Assembly: GCA_030141605.1 (NCBI GenBank) | Contig: JAQGDQ010000152.1 | Coordinates: forward strand, 424,957-488,956 | DNA: 64,000 bases | Reading direction: 5' to 3' | From: Tubiluchus corallicola | Lineage: Eukaryota; Animalia; Priapulida | Shown: positions 11,626-24,670 of the stretch, piece after piece | Numbering within the stretch: position 1 is the first letter of the stretch | Layout of the letters: each line of letters begins with the position of its first letter | Program-made: the position numbers and the translations under genes | The notes under the pieces: model-generated | Databases searched by the model: none | What the model saw: the letters and a program-made list of their open reading frames with translations, nothing else | What the model was told of the DNA's origin: nothing

Positions 11626-14600
11626 TAAACATGAACTAAAAATAAGAATGGAAAGGAATAGATAAAGCCGTAAAAACAGCATTAAATTCTGAATAAAGAA
11701 CACTTATTTTAATATATGATGTTGCCACTATGATGAATCTCTGAAAATGAGCCAGAGGTAAAAGGAGCAATTGCCTTGGGCCCACTGGGCACTGACAATT
11801 AGTTTGAGAGGCCTTTTAGCAAACTGGCAGGGGCGCCCAGGGAATTGCCCCTTTTGTAACATATAGCGCAATTTAAAAAATTATAACTTATTTTTATTCT
11901 TCAAATGAAAGATATATGTATAAAACAAAAATGACACCAGGTCAGGCCCATTATAGGTACACGTACACTAATATCTCGCGGACCTCGCTTTTACAGACAT
12001 CGGAAGAATCAGACAAAATCTAGACAGCTAGTTGGCAGGCCGTCACTTTGTTTACATCATTACATCAGTGTAACCAAGCAGCGTAATGAGAAGAAAAATA
12101 TAGAGTCAATTATGCGGAGTTATTTGAGTCAATTGCCAGCAACTTTTATATAATTTTGCATTAGTAATATAGACTTTTGTGTAAATTGGCTTCTAAGTAT
12201 GTACTTGTTTGTGTGGGTGTGCGTGCATGCATGAGGGCATATATGTGTGCGCATATGTATAAATAAAACTAATACTCAATATCAGTGTTTAATAAGAAAT
12301 GGCTATTTCTTTAATTACAAGACTAATTACTATTGGTTTTAGTAACACACCACAAAATTATAGTCAAATGTGCAAAAGCCAATGCAGCCCTGTTAAAAAG
12401 CAACTATGTACTGAAAGGGTTAACTTAGTATTGGTAAATACGAACAAACGGCAAATTTGGACCAACGTGTCCCTGCTTTTGTTTGGTAAACCCGGATATA
12501 AGTGTAATTACAAGTATGCAATGTACACACGCACGCACATATATGTAAAATAAAATTACAAAATTAGTTAAGTTGTGAATATTTTAAGCTGTTAACTGAA
12601 AGAGATGAAAGTAGAGATTGCAATAACCATAGATATGATGCAAAATCCATTTTTTAATCACTACATATAAGTAGGTCTGTATCACAGGACTTAAATTTAC
12701 CAATATCCACATATGAAGCCTATGAATACGAAATCATAATACCATACATTATATTAATACCAGATAATAAGAAGATTATGCTTCTCAGATTTAGTTTGCA
12801 CTTAAGGCTTCCATAATAGGTTCAATGTGAGGACTGCCCTTGCCTGACTTAAGTTAATTTAACTACCTGTTGCTGTAATACTGACTCTATTTGATGTATC
12901 AGCTCAACAATCCACAGCTGAAATAATACTAGTACTAGTAGTAACAGGTTAGTTTACACAATTCAATATTAATATTATATTGGCTTGTCAAACCACTACG
13001 TCTACTAATATAGTGAAATAGTGAAAAAGTACAACTGCAAGTACAGCCTACAGCCACAGGACGTAAAAAAACTAAAAAATTTAAACTTTACGACAAAATT
13101 AATATCGAGACTGAAGGTATTATAGTTTACCAGGAAACAACTGAAAGTCACAAGAAAGTTTAAGAAACTGAAATGTCACAGATACGATGAAGTTCCGCTA
13201 CAATATAAATGACATAATAGTTAAGCTACAAAGCTTGGAGAGATTGCGGGAAATCCAAAAAAATTTGTCAATAGCAGAAATCTTTTCAGTTATCTAAACC
13301 ATTAAGCGATTCCTCTTATGCCGCACACTCCCTTGCTGGCTTTCTTCCCCTCTCTCCACACCAATCACCAACCAGGATGGAGCTGTTGCAAACTGGAGAG
13401 TCTGCTAACAACTTGACAAGTGGCTGACATGAACTATTAAATTTATTTCACGCAATAAAATACACTAACCGTCTAACAGACACCCCAAAAAATTTGAAAT
13501 AAAACAAAAATTAATAAGTAGACAGTGTGTATGACATGGTGCTCAGTGTCTAATGCGCTGCTGAGTTAACTGTGTATAGTTGAGGTAGGAATTCGTATTT
13601 TACCCGAAGTCTGTAAAAGGTAAATTGTCAAATCCATAAACAAATTCAGTTACTTGAGTTTGCGCCTTTGCTTAAACTTATAAATAGTAAAAACTGCATT
13701 TCATAAACTTTTTTTCAGTTCTTCCAAATTGACAGTTGTAAACATTTAATTAATTCAGCACTTCGTTAATTAATTGCAATTGTGTTTCATTGTATCATAC
13801 AATGTCAATACTAATTTTGGCTGCTTTCTCAGTAATGCTGATTCCCTAAAATGAAATTGTGACTTCATGTACAAGTGTCTTAGTCATGTTTAGGATAATT
13901 TCATTGTGCTAACAGTTGTGCATTCATAATCATAATTAGCTTTAAGTAATGCCTGCTTCTCAGAAACACATCGCCGTTACTTTTCACTGCGCAAAAAGCA
14001 CTATGCTAGGACAGCAAAAGTATGTGTAACATGCATGGAACCCAGTCATAGTGTCCCAAAATTACACTTACTTTTGTGGTGTGTCTGTAGCTCAAACAAG
14101 ATACAGATGAAAATTTCTTGGCATATGACATCATCACAGGCCACACTCACAGGCTGTCGATTGCACTAATGTTTCATTACAGGAAATATTATTATTGTCA
14201 CATTAAATTATTATGGGTAATCGCATTATAGACCACAATCTAAGGGAGATGTAAGTATGGCACTTGTTTAACATCACTAACAGGCTGTGTAATGTTACAG
14301 AGCAATTTATTAGATCAAAGTTTCGCAGAATCAGTGAAGAATCTGTCTTGTTTCAGTATTAGTGTGGAAGTTCTAAAATGGATTTAGCAGCTTACAGTCT
14401 CTCTTGAGAGGTATCATTGGAACAGATTGAAATTAATGTCCTGGCTGCCCTGAAAGCAATATGTCTCTGATTCAAATCCAGATTGTATTCTATCTTTTTC
14501 ATATTTCCTGCATATTAAAATTCAATTAATTGTGAGGTTGTACCATGTTAGTGATATTCTAGACATGGTTAGTCTGAAAAATGTTTTGTTGTAGTAGTTC

Positions 14601-16566
14601 AGAAAATTGTGTTTTAAAAACATTTACTGCTGTTTGTGAAGATGCTTATAATTTATAGCAGAGTTAATTAAGACATTTGTATCACACTGTACGATCTTAA
14701 CTTGCTGCCTGTCAGGGATAGCAAAACCCGCGTTATAAAAGTCACAATTACTGTATGCTTCAATGTGGCACCCAGAACTGTTTTTACATTGATTTGGTGA
14801 TTTTAATGAACTCAGACATAGGGAAAATATTTCAATTACATTATATATGTAATTATTATTTTTCATCATTCTTTCGTTAGCTTTCCTGCATAGTGATGCC
14901 AATATATACTTGCAGACACTTTGTTAAAATATAATAAACTTTGCATTTTTAGTGCTTGAAATCAAAACAGGTTCTAAAATGTGTATGCATATTCTCTGAC
15001 TTGCTTTCACATGTCAACTAGATTCACTTGTAAATTCCTGCATTTTGGCAAGATACACAACTGATAACACAGAGAGATATATTTCTCATACAGTTGGCTG
15101 GAGCCTGCTTGCCCCCTGCTACAATAGTAGATTTGTCATTGCGACACTTACAAGTTGCATATTGTGCAAGATGAAGTGTGAAACCATCGAGATTGGTATT
15201 GAGAAAGCATATAGATGATTACATTACATGATATCAACCAGAAATCAATTACACCTGGGACGTGCTCATTCAAGGGGTACTTTAGCAATAAGCATAGATC
15301 GTCAGAGTATAAAACGTTATTGGTCGAAATGACTTCGTAATTATATTATCATTCAGAGTTGTATATTCTTGTTATGGCTAATACTGTTGAAGCAACAAGC
15401 ATTGATAACTTAAAAGACCATTTCCAGAACTTGTGTACGATTCTCAATTTTCCATTGAATATACCTCAACCATTATCCATACTAATATTTTGTTTCTCGA
15501 GTGGCTCATTCTTGGACCTCACTCTCAACTGATACTATAAGTGAACCATCTATAGTATTGATTAATTAAAAGTAAACAGGAGAAGAGACTACACATACAG
15601 GAGTTATAAACTGTTAGGACTCTTCATTATAAAGAAGATTGTAAAGATATTTTAAGCGAAAGTGCCTTATTTTCGGGTAACTTCATATCTTATCAGGTTT
15701 TCAAAATTTAATTAGTCCTGGTGAATTTGTTTGTAGCATGTACCAATACATTACGAAAGGAACGGCACGATATGGATTCCTCTAAATCTGAAATCAATTT
15801 TTAGCTCGCGATCGGTAGTCATAAGAAAGATTTCTTGAATTTATTTCGTGGACTTACTCATGCAGAGGAGGGAAAATTATACTAATTTAATTTAAAAAAA
15901 GGTTTTTAAATTGTATACAGAGTTCTCCTCATTTTTTTCTGAATTTTAGTCTTAATTTTCATTTAGTACAATAAGTAGCTATACATGCGTTGATGCTTCG
16001 CTATTTTTATTAAATTAGTTTAAGTACATTTGGATTATTCTCCGGTATGACTAGTAGTAGTACTAATAGTAGTACTGGATTACTCGGGCTCGGTGTCTTG
16101 TAACGTTTAATTTATTATTTCGTTGAGCCCTGCTTTTTGATTGCCCACAACACATTTACATTCGTGTATAAGTAAATAGTGCTTGAGGCTTTTCTGTGCA
16201 GTATTTTTTATTTGTGTTTTATCCATTGTAGGCCCTTTCACTGATATTGTATATGTAACCTGTAAATGTGTATGGTGAAATAAATGACTATGATGATGAC
16301 TATGATATCATGCTTAGCGATATTTAAATTTAGTCATTAGGCGTGACTATAAAGTGTATGCTTTGCCTGAATAAAATCAGATATTGAAATAATTTAGAAA
16401 TCAATTTAATTGACATGCATTAATTTATCAGGTACAGTAGTAAGCTAGATACTAACAGAAAGCATGCGGTAAGATGACTTTAGTTCACACGCTGTTCCAG
16501 TGTCCACTTTCTTGTAACCTTTGCCCATTCTACTGGGTTGTGCATATTAGGCATTGACACAAACTG

Positions 16567-17301
16567 GACGCTATTACACTTTCGCACCGCCTAGTTTTTC
16601 CTGGCCTATTGGTTGTTTTCACGCCTGCAGGCCAGAAAGCAGACCAACAGGCGTAATATACACCATATTCCCATAATATTATTGGTTTTTAGGCTTTATA
16701 ATTCCAGATAAAATCATACATTACTTACCGACGCCATTACGCAAAAAGCTCCACGTGAATAAACGTGTTTACACCACTAATGCGCAATCGCTCTCGCGCA
16801 GTGACGATGTCGCCCTTAACATGTATTTTTAGTTTCTTCGCATAATTTATGATTATTAGGGTTGCAGCCACGGGACCCAAGCTGGCATACGAGGAAATTA
16901 TTTTAGATGACTACAGTTATTTATCATTAATTTTATTTATGACTGTAGTATTATTACTATTAGATTATAAAAAAAAGTAAAGGTTTTTTCTTTATTTCGT
17001 AAATGCGGTGAAGATGAAAGTGTGTCACATGCTTTTAAGCTAGGCCCTGATAATGCATAAACTAGTACGAAATTCGTCACGTGACTACACACACAAACAA
17101 GATGGCGATATGAACTGTATAGGTGTAGAACTGTGAATACAGCGTAATTATTGGTAATTATACCTAAATATATGATTAAATTACAATTAGATTAGCGGAA
17201 ACATTCACTGATGACGTAAGAATAATAGAATAATGACGTACGAGCCTAGAAACAAGTAATAACCTACAAAAAACTAGGCGGTGCGAAAGTGTAATAGCGC
17301 C
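16567..17301. mobile_element. Mutator/MULE-like non-autonomous element (735 bp)
   Basis: About 32-bp near-perfect TIR g(a/g)cgctattacactttcgcaccgcctagttttt; perfect 9-bp TSD cacaaactg at 16558-16566 and 17302-17310. Confidence 0.88.
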
Positions 17302-18338
17302 CACAAACTGTCTGTAACTTGTCTTTAGTTTTTACCGTTTAACTTACCACCTCTGCTATGGAGCTCGTTCCTAGGACATGCAGTTTTCAGCATTAATTAG
17401 TTGCTCAGTAAATATTATTTCGTGTTGAATCTGACATCAAACTTGTGTTGTATGACTTGGATTGTAGCTTAGCACAGTTAAAGAACAAGAAAACAGAACT
17501 GAAGTTCATAAAGCTTAGAAAATTTGATTTGAAGTTTTCTATTACATGAGTTCTGATTTACTGCACACGTAACACAGCATAAAACTTGTAAATTAAGATC
17601 TTGCACTGACATTTTAACAGTCAGACGTTGAGTAAGAAGTTGAAGCAAGTTCAGCTGGCAGAATATTTTTAGTGTAGCTGTTACTAACTGGGTAAAAGTG
17701 TAAATTACTTTATCTTGTTAGTAAGATAGTAAAATTATTTTGGTGAGCCTGTGGCATTTTTGTTTGCACTGGAATGGTGACTAGTAGAGTTTTTACCAGT
17801 TGGTGCAAACATTTTAACTAGCCTGCTAAGAATTTTCTCTTTCAGTTATAACGTATAAGTCTCTCTACCATTACCGTTACCGTCGAAGGATAGAGGTTAA
17901 GCATAAATAGCTTATGGACCTCTCCACTCTTCCTTGTTTACTTTATCAATATCAAAAAAGCAGGTTTGCAAGCATAACGCTAAATGACGTAACTTTGCGT
18001 GGAAAGTTTCATGGGACATACTTTAAGATTCCTCTTTCTTCCTCTTGAAATAAATGTTGCATAAAAATTGTTTGACCTAATATTGCTGTTCAAAATATTG
18101 GTATTCGGAATATTTTCAGATACCAATAGGATAGTTATTGTTCAGTTCAAGTTAGTAATTAGTAAGCTTACTTACACATCACCTATGACGGCGCATAATT
18201 TTCTAGTTTTTTGGATTGTGTATCTGTAGAGAAATAATCAAATTTATATTTTTGCAATTTTATTCTTGATCTTTGTACAAAAATTACATTTTAAATATTA
18301 TAGGTTAAGTATTGGATGGTATTACGTGCAGACAAGAA

Positions 18339-21300
18339 ATGTTTGATTTAGAAGCTCCAAGTATTTCTCTTGCTGCTCCAGCCCTCTACCCTGCACCTCT
18401 TATTTTAGAGAAACTTTACCCAAGAGCTACTCTTGCTAGATGGAATACGCCTCTAGGTCAGGAGCTCAATGTTCCAGTCAACATATGGAATCCGTCAGTT
18501 CCTGCTTCTTTTGAAGGTATTTCATTTAAAGCCAAGTCTCTTGACAGATTGAGCTCATTCTAATATTTGAGAAAAAATGTTAGACAGTTTCAGCAATGAA
18601 ATTGTGATAAGCGCCTCGTGTAATTAATAATTTCAATTTAAAATTGCAATAACTTCACATTTGGGCGCGCTCATTTTGGTGAAAAATGGCGTCATCTGGT
18701 TACGTTGCAAAATAGACAGTTATTCTGCCAAGTGTTTCAGCAATCTTTTTTGGACTTATAGGGCGAACTCTATAAGCTAAGTAACCCACCCGATACCTTC
18801 TGTATGCTCTCAAGTTTACATGTGTGTCTGAAAGTGAACAAAAGTCTATAAATTAATTACATTTACATGATTAATGTATACTACTTACACATTTTACGGT
18901 ATAATCCTGTGGGTTAAAGCTATGTAACAACTTTAATCTTTGTCATAATTGATCAAATGACTAATTTTTACATAAACACAGTTAAATACAAAGCTAGAAT
19001 AACTGAACTTTTGAGCGAACTGTAGAAATTGCTCAATACGTACCTTCATCAACCTTGGCTTTGCAGCATTCATGGTGCCCAGCAGTCACCAGCTTGCGTC
19101 ATTTTTTCAAAAATGCCGGCAGCGATGTTCGTTTGGCGGGAGATAAAAAGTATTTAAATTTCTTTTACATTTTTAAGCAAAGCATTCTATGCACATATCT
19201 TGTATTGTGCTTTCAATATGTTTAATTGTACATTAAAACACAATAAATCTTGTTTGAGGGTTGGTTCTTCCTTCACAACATTGCGGCATCAGTTCAGGCG
19301 GAAGACTGTACATTTTTATGAGATCCTCTTTTTACCTTGGTGCATTATGCACAAGGCGGTCTTCAGATGCCACGAGTCTTCAGATATTGCCATGGTGATG
19401 TTTTGGTTATGCTTCAGGTTTACCATACATCTGATACTACAAATAATACTATCACAAGAAAAGTGATCTTTTTAAGTGATGCATTTTTCTCTGGTGTAAT
19501 GTTTGGGAGCTGATTTCACCCAGTCGGACACAAAAGTTTGATCCAGCTTTATGCCAGGCTGAGTGAAACCAGTTGTGTATTTCTAACTTCCAGAACGAAT
19601 GGACACTGCCATGTTTTACGCTAGGAGAGCCACAAAAAAGAAGAAATTAGCAGAAAAAGTTCGGGAATCGTTAGAGCGAGATGATCAGTCAAATCAAATT
19701 CATTCCGTTCAAGGTTTGATAAATGTTTTTATTGATTTTTTTTTGTTTTTTATATCACACTCTGTTATGTACATGAATTTACGACTGTTATACAGCACCT
19801 TTGCAAATAGTCAGCTTCGTTACAGTTTAAAGTTTATTTTGTACAAGAACTGAATACAACATATTAAAATAATATCAGTGGTGCTGAACAAAAATAAAGG
19901 AAAGGCACCTAAAGTCTAAAAAATACTTTAAATTATCATCAAGAGCACAAAATCACAGGAAAAAATTTATCAGAAAGAAATTGCATGATCACACCAGTAA
20001 AACATTTTTGCATATAATGATAGACAATTAAATTACAAAAATGCTTGCTGAAACTGGTGAGTCTTAAGTAGTTTCTTAACTTCATTAACATTTTTAGCCA
20101 GTTTTAGGTTCATAAGCAACTGGTTCCGTAAACGCGCTCCACAAACACCGAAAACTCTATCCCCAGATGTTACGCACTTAGTTTGTGGTATCTTAAGATG
20201 TAGATTGGCAACAAATCTTAAAGTGATAAATCGAACATCTCAGTCAAATATGATGGTGCTTCCCTTTTTCATGATTTAAAAGTAAGAACAAGAACTTTAA
20301 ACTGTATGCAATAGCTAATTGGTAACCACTGCAGCAAGTCAGCTTAGTGACTGAAACAAATGAACAAACAATTGCAAAAATGACTGTATTTTCTGAACTC
20401 ATCAACACTTCACAGTTGATCTGCATTGGCTTAGTGTGTGTTTAAATGATCGCATTTAGACTTATAATGTTTGCCTAATTACTGATAACATTGATAAATG
20501 GCTTGACACATATGCACTTGTTCTAACACAGTTAGCTGATCACTTAAATTACTCCAAGTTTTGATATTAATGTCACCAAAGTTTTTTCATAAAACTGCAT
20601 TCGGTGTCAACACCAAAGTTTCTACCACAATTTTTGTTTTGAAATAAAAAATTTTTACCTTCTACTAAGTCAACAATGTACATGCTTTTTTATAGTTGTA
20701 AATGTAAGTGAATGTGTTTAACATAATTTTTCATTCTCTATAGATTCTAGCAGAATTTTAGCATCAACATCAGCTGCACATGTACCTAGCAAATCCGCAA
20801 GCAAACAGCAACTCGGAAAAGCTGCTGTACCAAAGAGAGATGTCAGGCCTTCCACTAATGTAAAGAAGCCACAGTTTCCAAAGAGTTCCCCAAGTGAGCA
20901 GTTTTGCAAGTTCTTTGCCTTACAGCTTATGAGAATTTAAAAACTTACTTTATTTTTCTGCTGTAATTTATTTCATGACTATAACTTGTCTGCTGCATTA
21001 TTCTGCGAAAGAGAAGGAATGTGAAACAAATTGAGACAGAGCTGGATTTGAACCAAGTACCTTTGGATTATATGGTAATCAATTGATTACGGAGGTAATC
21101 AACCATTTTGCTACAAATAGATTATTACGTGTGTTGCTGTCAAATGCTTTTTTCTTCCTGTAATTGCTTATAGCCTGTTTTAAGGTTGTTGCTGCTTTGT
21201 AGGAAAATACGTTGGCCGTTCTTCAATTATGGATGCAAACAAGGTGTTGAAATTGCAGGAGCGATTTGATGAATATGTACAGCGGATCAGAGATTTGGGT

Positions 21301-22149
21301 AAATCTATAGCCAGTTGTAATTTTCTTGCTAAGTATTAAGATTCATGAATTTTCGACAGATCAAAAAGTTGTTTTGAAATCATGTTTTGTTTACGCCATG
21401 TAATATTCTTAATGCTAACCTCTCTTACCACCAATTTTTCTGGAGTCCAAAGTGAGCTGTTTAAAGAGATTTAGAACTGGTATTTTAGAACTGCTGTCTC
21501 TCCCATTTGACTTGGCAAAATGTCCCGTAATAACAATAACAACACGTAATGTCGAAATTACTGTTTTGTGCTAAGCATGCTAATCCGTTTAATAATTTTT
21601 ATTTATGTTTTGCAACTGTAATAAACTGGTGATGATTTATTATTTACAGACTACAAAAGTGATGAAATAGTTGAGGAAGAAGATGTGATTAGGAGGAGGA
21701 AGCTGAGGCAAGCGGCAGAGCAAACGACTGCCTCTGTGCGCTGCCTGTATAACCTTCAGCAACAAGCTCATAAAATCCATGCAGACATAAACAGAACAAA
21801 TCGAACACAAGATCAAGTGTGTATATTAGAATATTGATTGTGATTTATGATTAATGATATTGAATATCGATTAATGAGTTGTTATTAATTCTTGTTTACT
21901 TGTTAGCATTGTTTACTTGTCTCCTTTTTTCATTAAAGCCATTCAATTTAATCCTGCACATATAGTAGAATATTCAGTTTTGACAAAATTAATGAGTCAA
22001 GATGTAGCAATGCTTCTGTTTTTGATTAATTAGTATTTACGTATTATACTCAAGTGATTACGTGCTTAATGGTGCTTGTTTATGCAAATTAGATTTAATT
22101 TTTGCAGCATTACAAATTACGTAAACTCTTTTAAGTACTTAACAACAAC

Positions 22150-22196
<47 letters not shown>

Positions 22197-24605
22197 CAAT
22201 AATAATAATAGTAATAACTATTAAAAAGTTATTACCAGTAAAAAGGTGCAAGGTACAAAACACTATTTAAAGCTACACGATTAAAATGAATAATTATTAC
22301 ATAATTTTAAATAAGACTGTGTGCTATAGAATTTTTCCCCTCTCAGATTTGTTAAATGAACATGATTATTAAAAATCATTCCTATAATATGATGTCAGGG
22401 ATGGCTGACTCGATGACCTTCTGGTCTTTCGCCACCCCATCTTTACACACTTTATATAATTTGTTGTAATTGTCTTATGAATATAGTATTGGAGATAAAT
22501 GGACTTTTGAATTGAAAAAAAAATGAATAATATCCTCTGGTTATAAAAAGGTTATTAAAAATATGCTTAAAATAAATGCACATTTTAAAGATTTTTAAAA
22601 CGTACATAAAATTACAGCAATGATCTATATTTCTCTAAAAAAAATTTGACCCTTTTTAAAAACATGCACACTAAAACAATTTTTTAGATCTTCATCCATA
22701 TTGTTTTATAATTTGTTACCAAAAGACTTATCAATATCAATGCTTTACTAGAAAGTGCAAATGTTCTTGAACGTAATAATGGTCTGAACTCATTCAAATT
22801 TACTTAATTTTCGAGTGTGAAATACTTGGATAAGTGATAAATTAATTTATTTGTCAGTTTGAGTGATAACTCATGCTCACTTTTTGGTCATTTAAACGAA
22901 GACAGGATGATTTTTCATACACTACCTCATTTTCAAGTCCGATAAAAAGTATACATTTTAACACAATTAATACTGTAACAGCTTTTTTGATAATTAAATG
23001 ATAGATTACTAACTTAACTAACGGCGGGCGAGCTAATATAAAACTAATATAATTTTCAACAGCAAAAATATTCCAAAATATTACCTGAGAGGTACAGCAC
23101 CTGTTTTTATGCAATGCGTTTCTGAAATGCAGGCGCGGCGCTTATACCCATCTAACTAGCGAATGGCGAAATGCACTTAACAGCGAAGAACTAGTGGCAC
23201 GAATGCGAAATTGTATTTCTGTGGTAATAATTCTCTCAAGTAAGTCATTTTAGAAAAAAATAGTATGTTCCCTTTTAATATTTTAAAGAGTAGATTGTTT
23301 AGACCTACACTTTAAGATTGGGTCTGGTTCTGCTTTACTCACTTTTGAACAAATCTTGCTTTTACAGGAACATTTTGTGAACAGGTTATTCTTTGTCTAC
23401 CAAGCAGCAGCAAGAACATTGGAGATTTTTGTAAAGCACGCCGGCTACCACAAGATTGCAGACAGGGAACGCGTGTTTCGTGAACTCGGTCATTTACTAC
23501 AGCTGTTGTCCACTTGTTGTGACCAGCTGGATGTCTGTGACGACCAGTTGCCATCATCAAACAACTTACAGGTTTCCTTATGATATTACTTAATGATGTT
23601 GTTTCAATTAATATACGTGTGTTTGCAAACCAAAACCGTCCGTATGTCGGCATAGTTAGAACTACGTTATGATGCTTCAAAGTAGAATGCACCAAAAATT
23701 TGGTCAAATGTCAATGTTTTGTTTTTATAAAAACAAACAATGCTAAATATATGGACCTATATATTGTAGCATGAAATTATCAAGAAATTTTTCAAAAAAT
23801 ACTAAAAATTTAATTTTATAGCTCCACACTCACTTCTCTGGTTAGAAATTAGTACTAAAATTGTAAAGACTTTGTTTTTTCAAACTCCGATAGTAGCTCG
23901 TGGAAGCAGTCATTTGGCTTGGGTTTTTTTCTGCTATCAAGCCCAGATCTTCATCTGGAAGACCCATCTACTGGATTTAAACATAATTTCAGTGTGTCTT
24001 TGTAAAGTCCGTAGCAACCAGCATTTGTATGGTTGCTAAGTGTTTTGAGAAAACGAGACAAAAAACAATGGCTAACTTTAACAACGATTTTCTCAAGGTT
24101 ATGTTTTTCACTGCATAGCCTGCACTTCAACTTCAACGTGGTTTATCTCAGCTTAGAAATAACATAGAGCGATGAGCTTGGTATCAGAATGATCCTCATG
24201 AAATGGAGATTCAGGATACGTAAATAACTAGAAAATATTAATTGCCGACTTATGGACGATTTTACTATGCAAGCACGGATATAACAAGTTAAATTAATGT
24301 AGCTCAGTATTCAAAATCTGTGACCGGCAGTGAATGAATGGACATTAGCATTGAAAGCTGCTTTACTCTTTATTAATTTGTTGCATTTAAATCTACAAAT
24401 TTGTTTGCTGTTTGAGTGCTCACTTATAGACATGTCAATTTTTTGTTGAATTTTGAGAATTTATTTACCTGTTTAACCCTTTTACTACGTTGTTACTTTT
24501 TAGCTGGGCCACATTGACTTTTGCACATTTGACAATAACTTCTTCTGGTGTGGTACTAAAACAAAATCTTGTAATAGTCTTATTTACACACATGCATGCA
24601 CTCAG

Positions 24606-24670
<65 letters not shown>

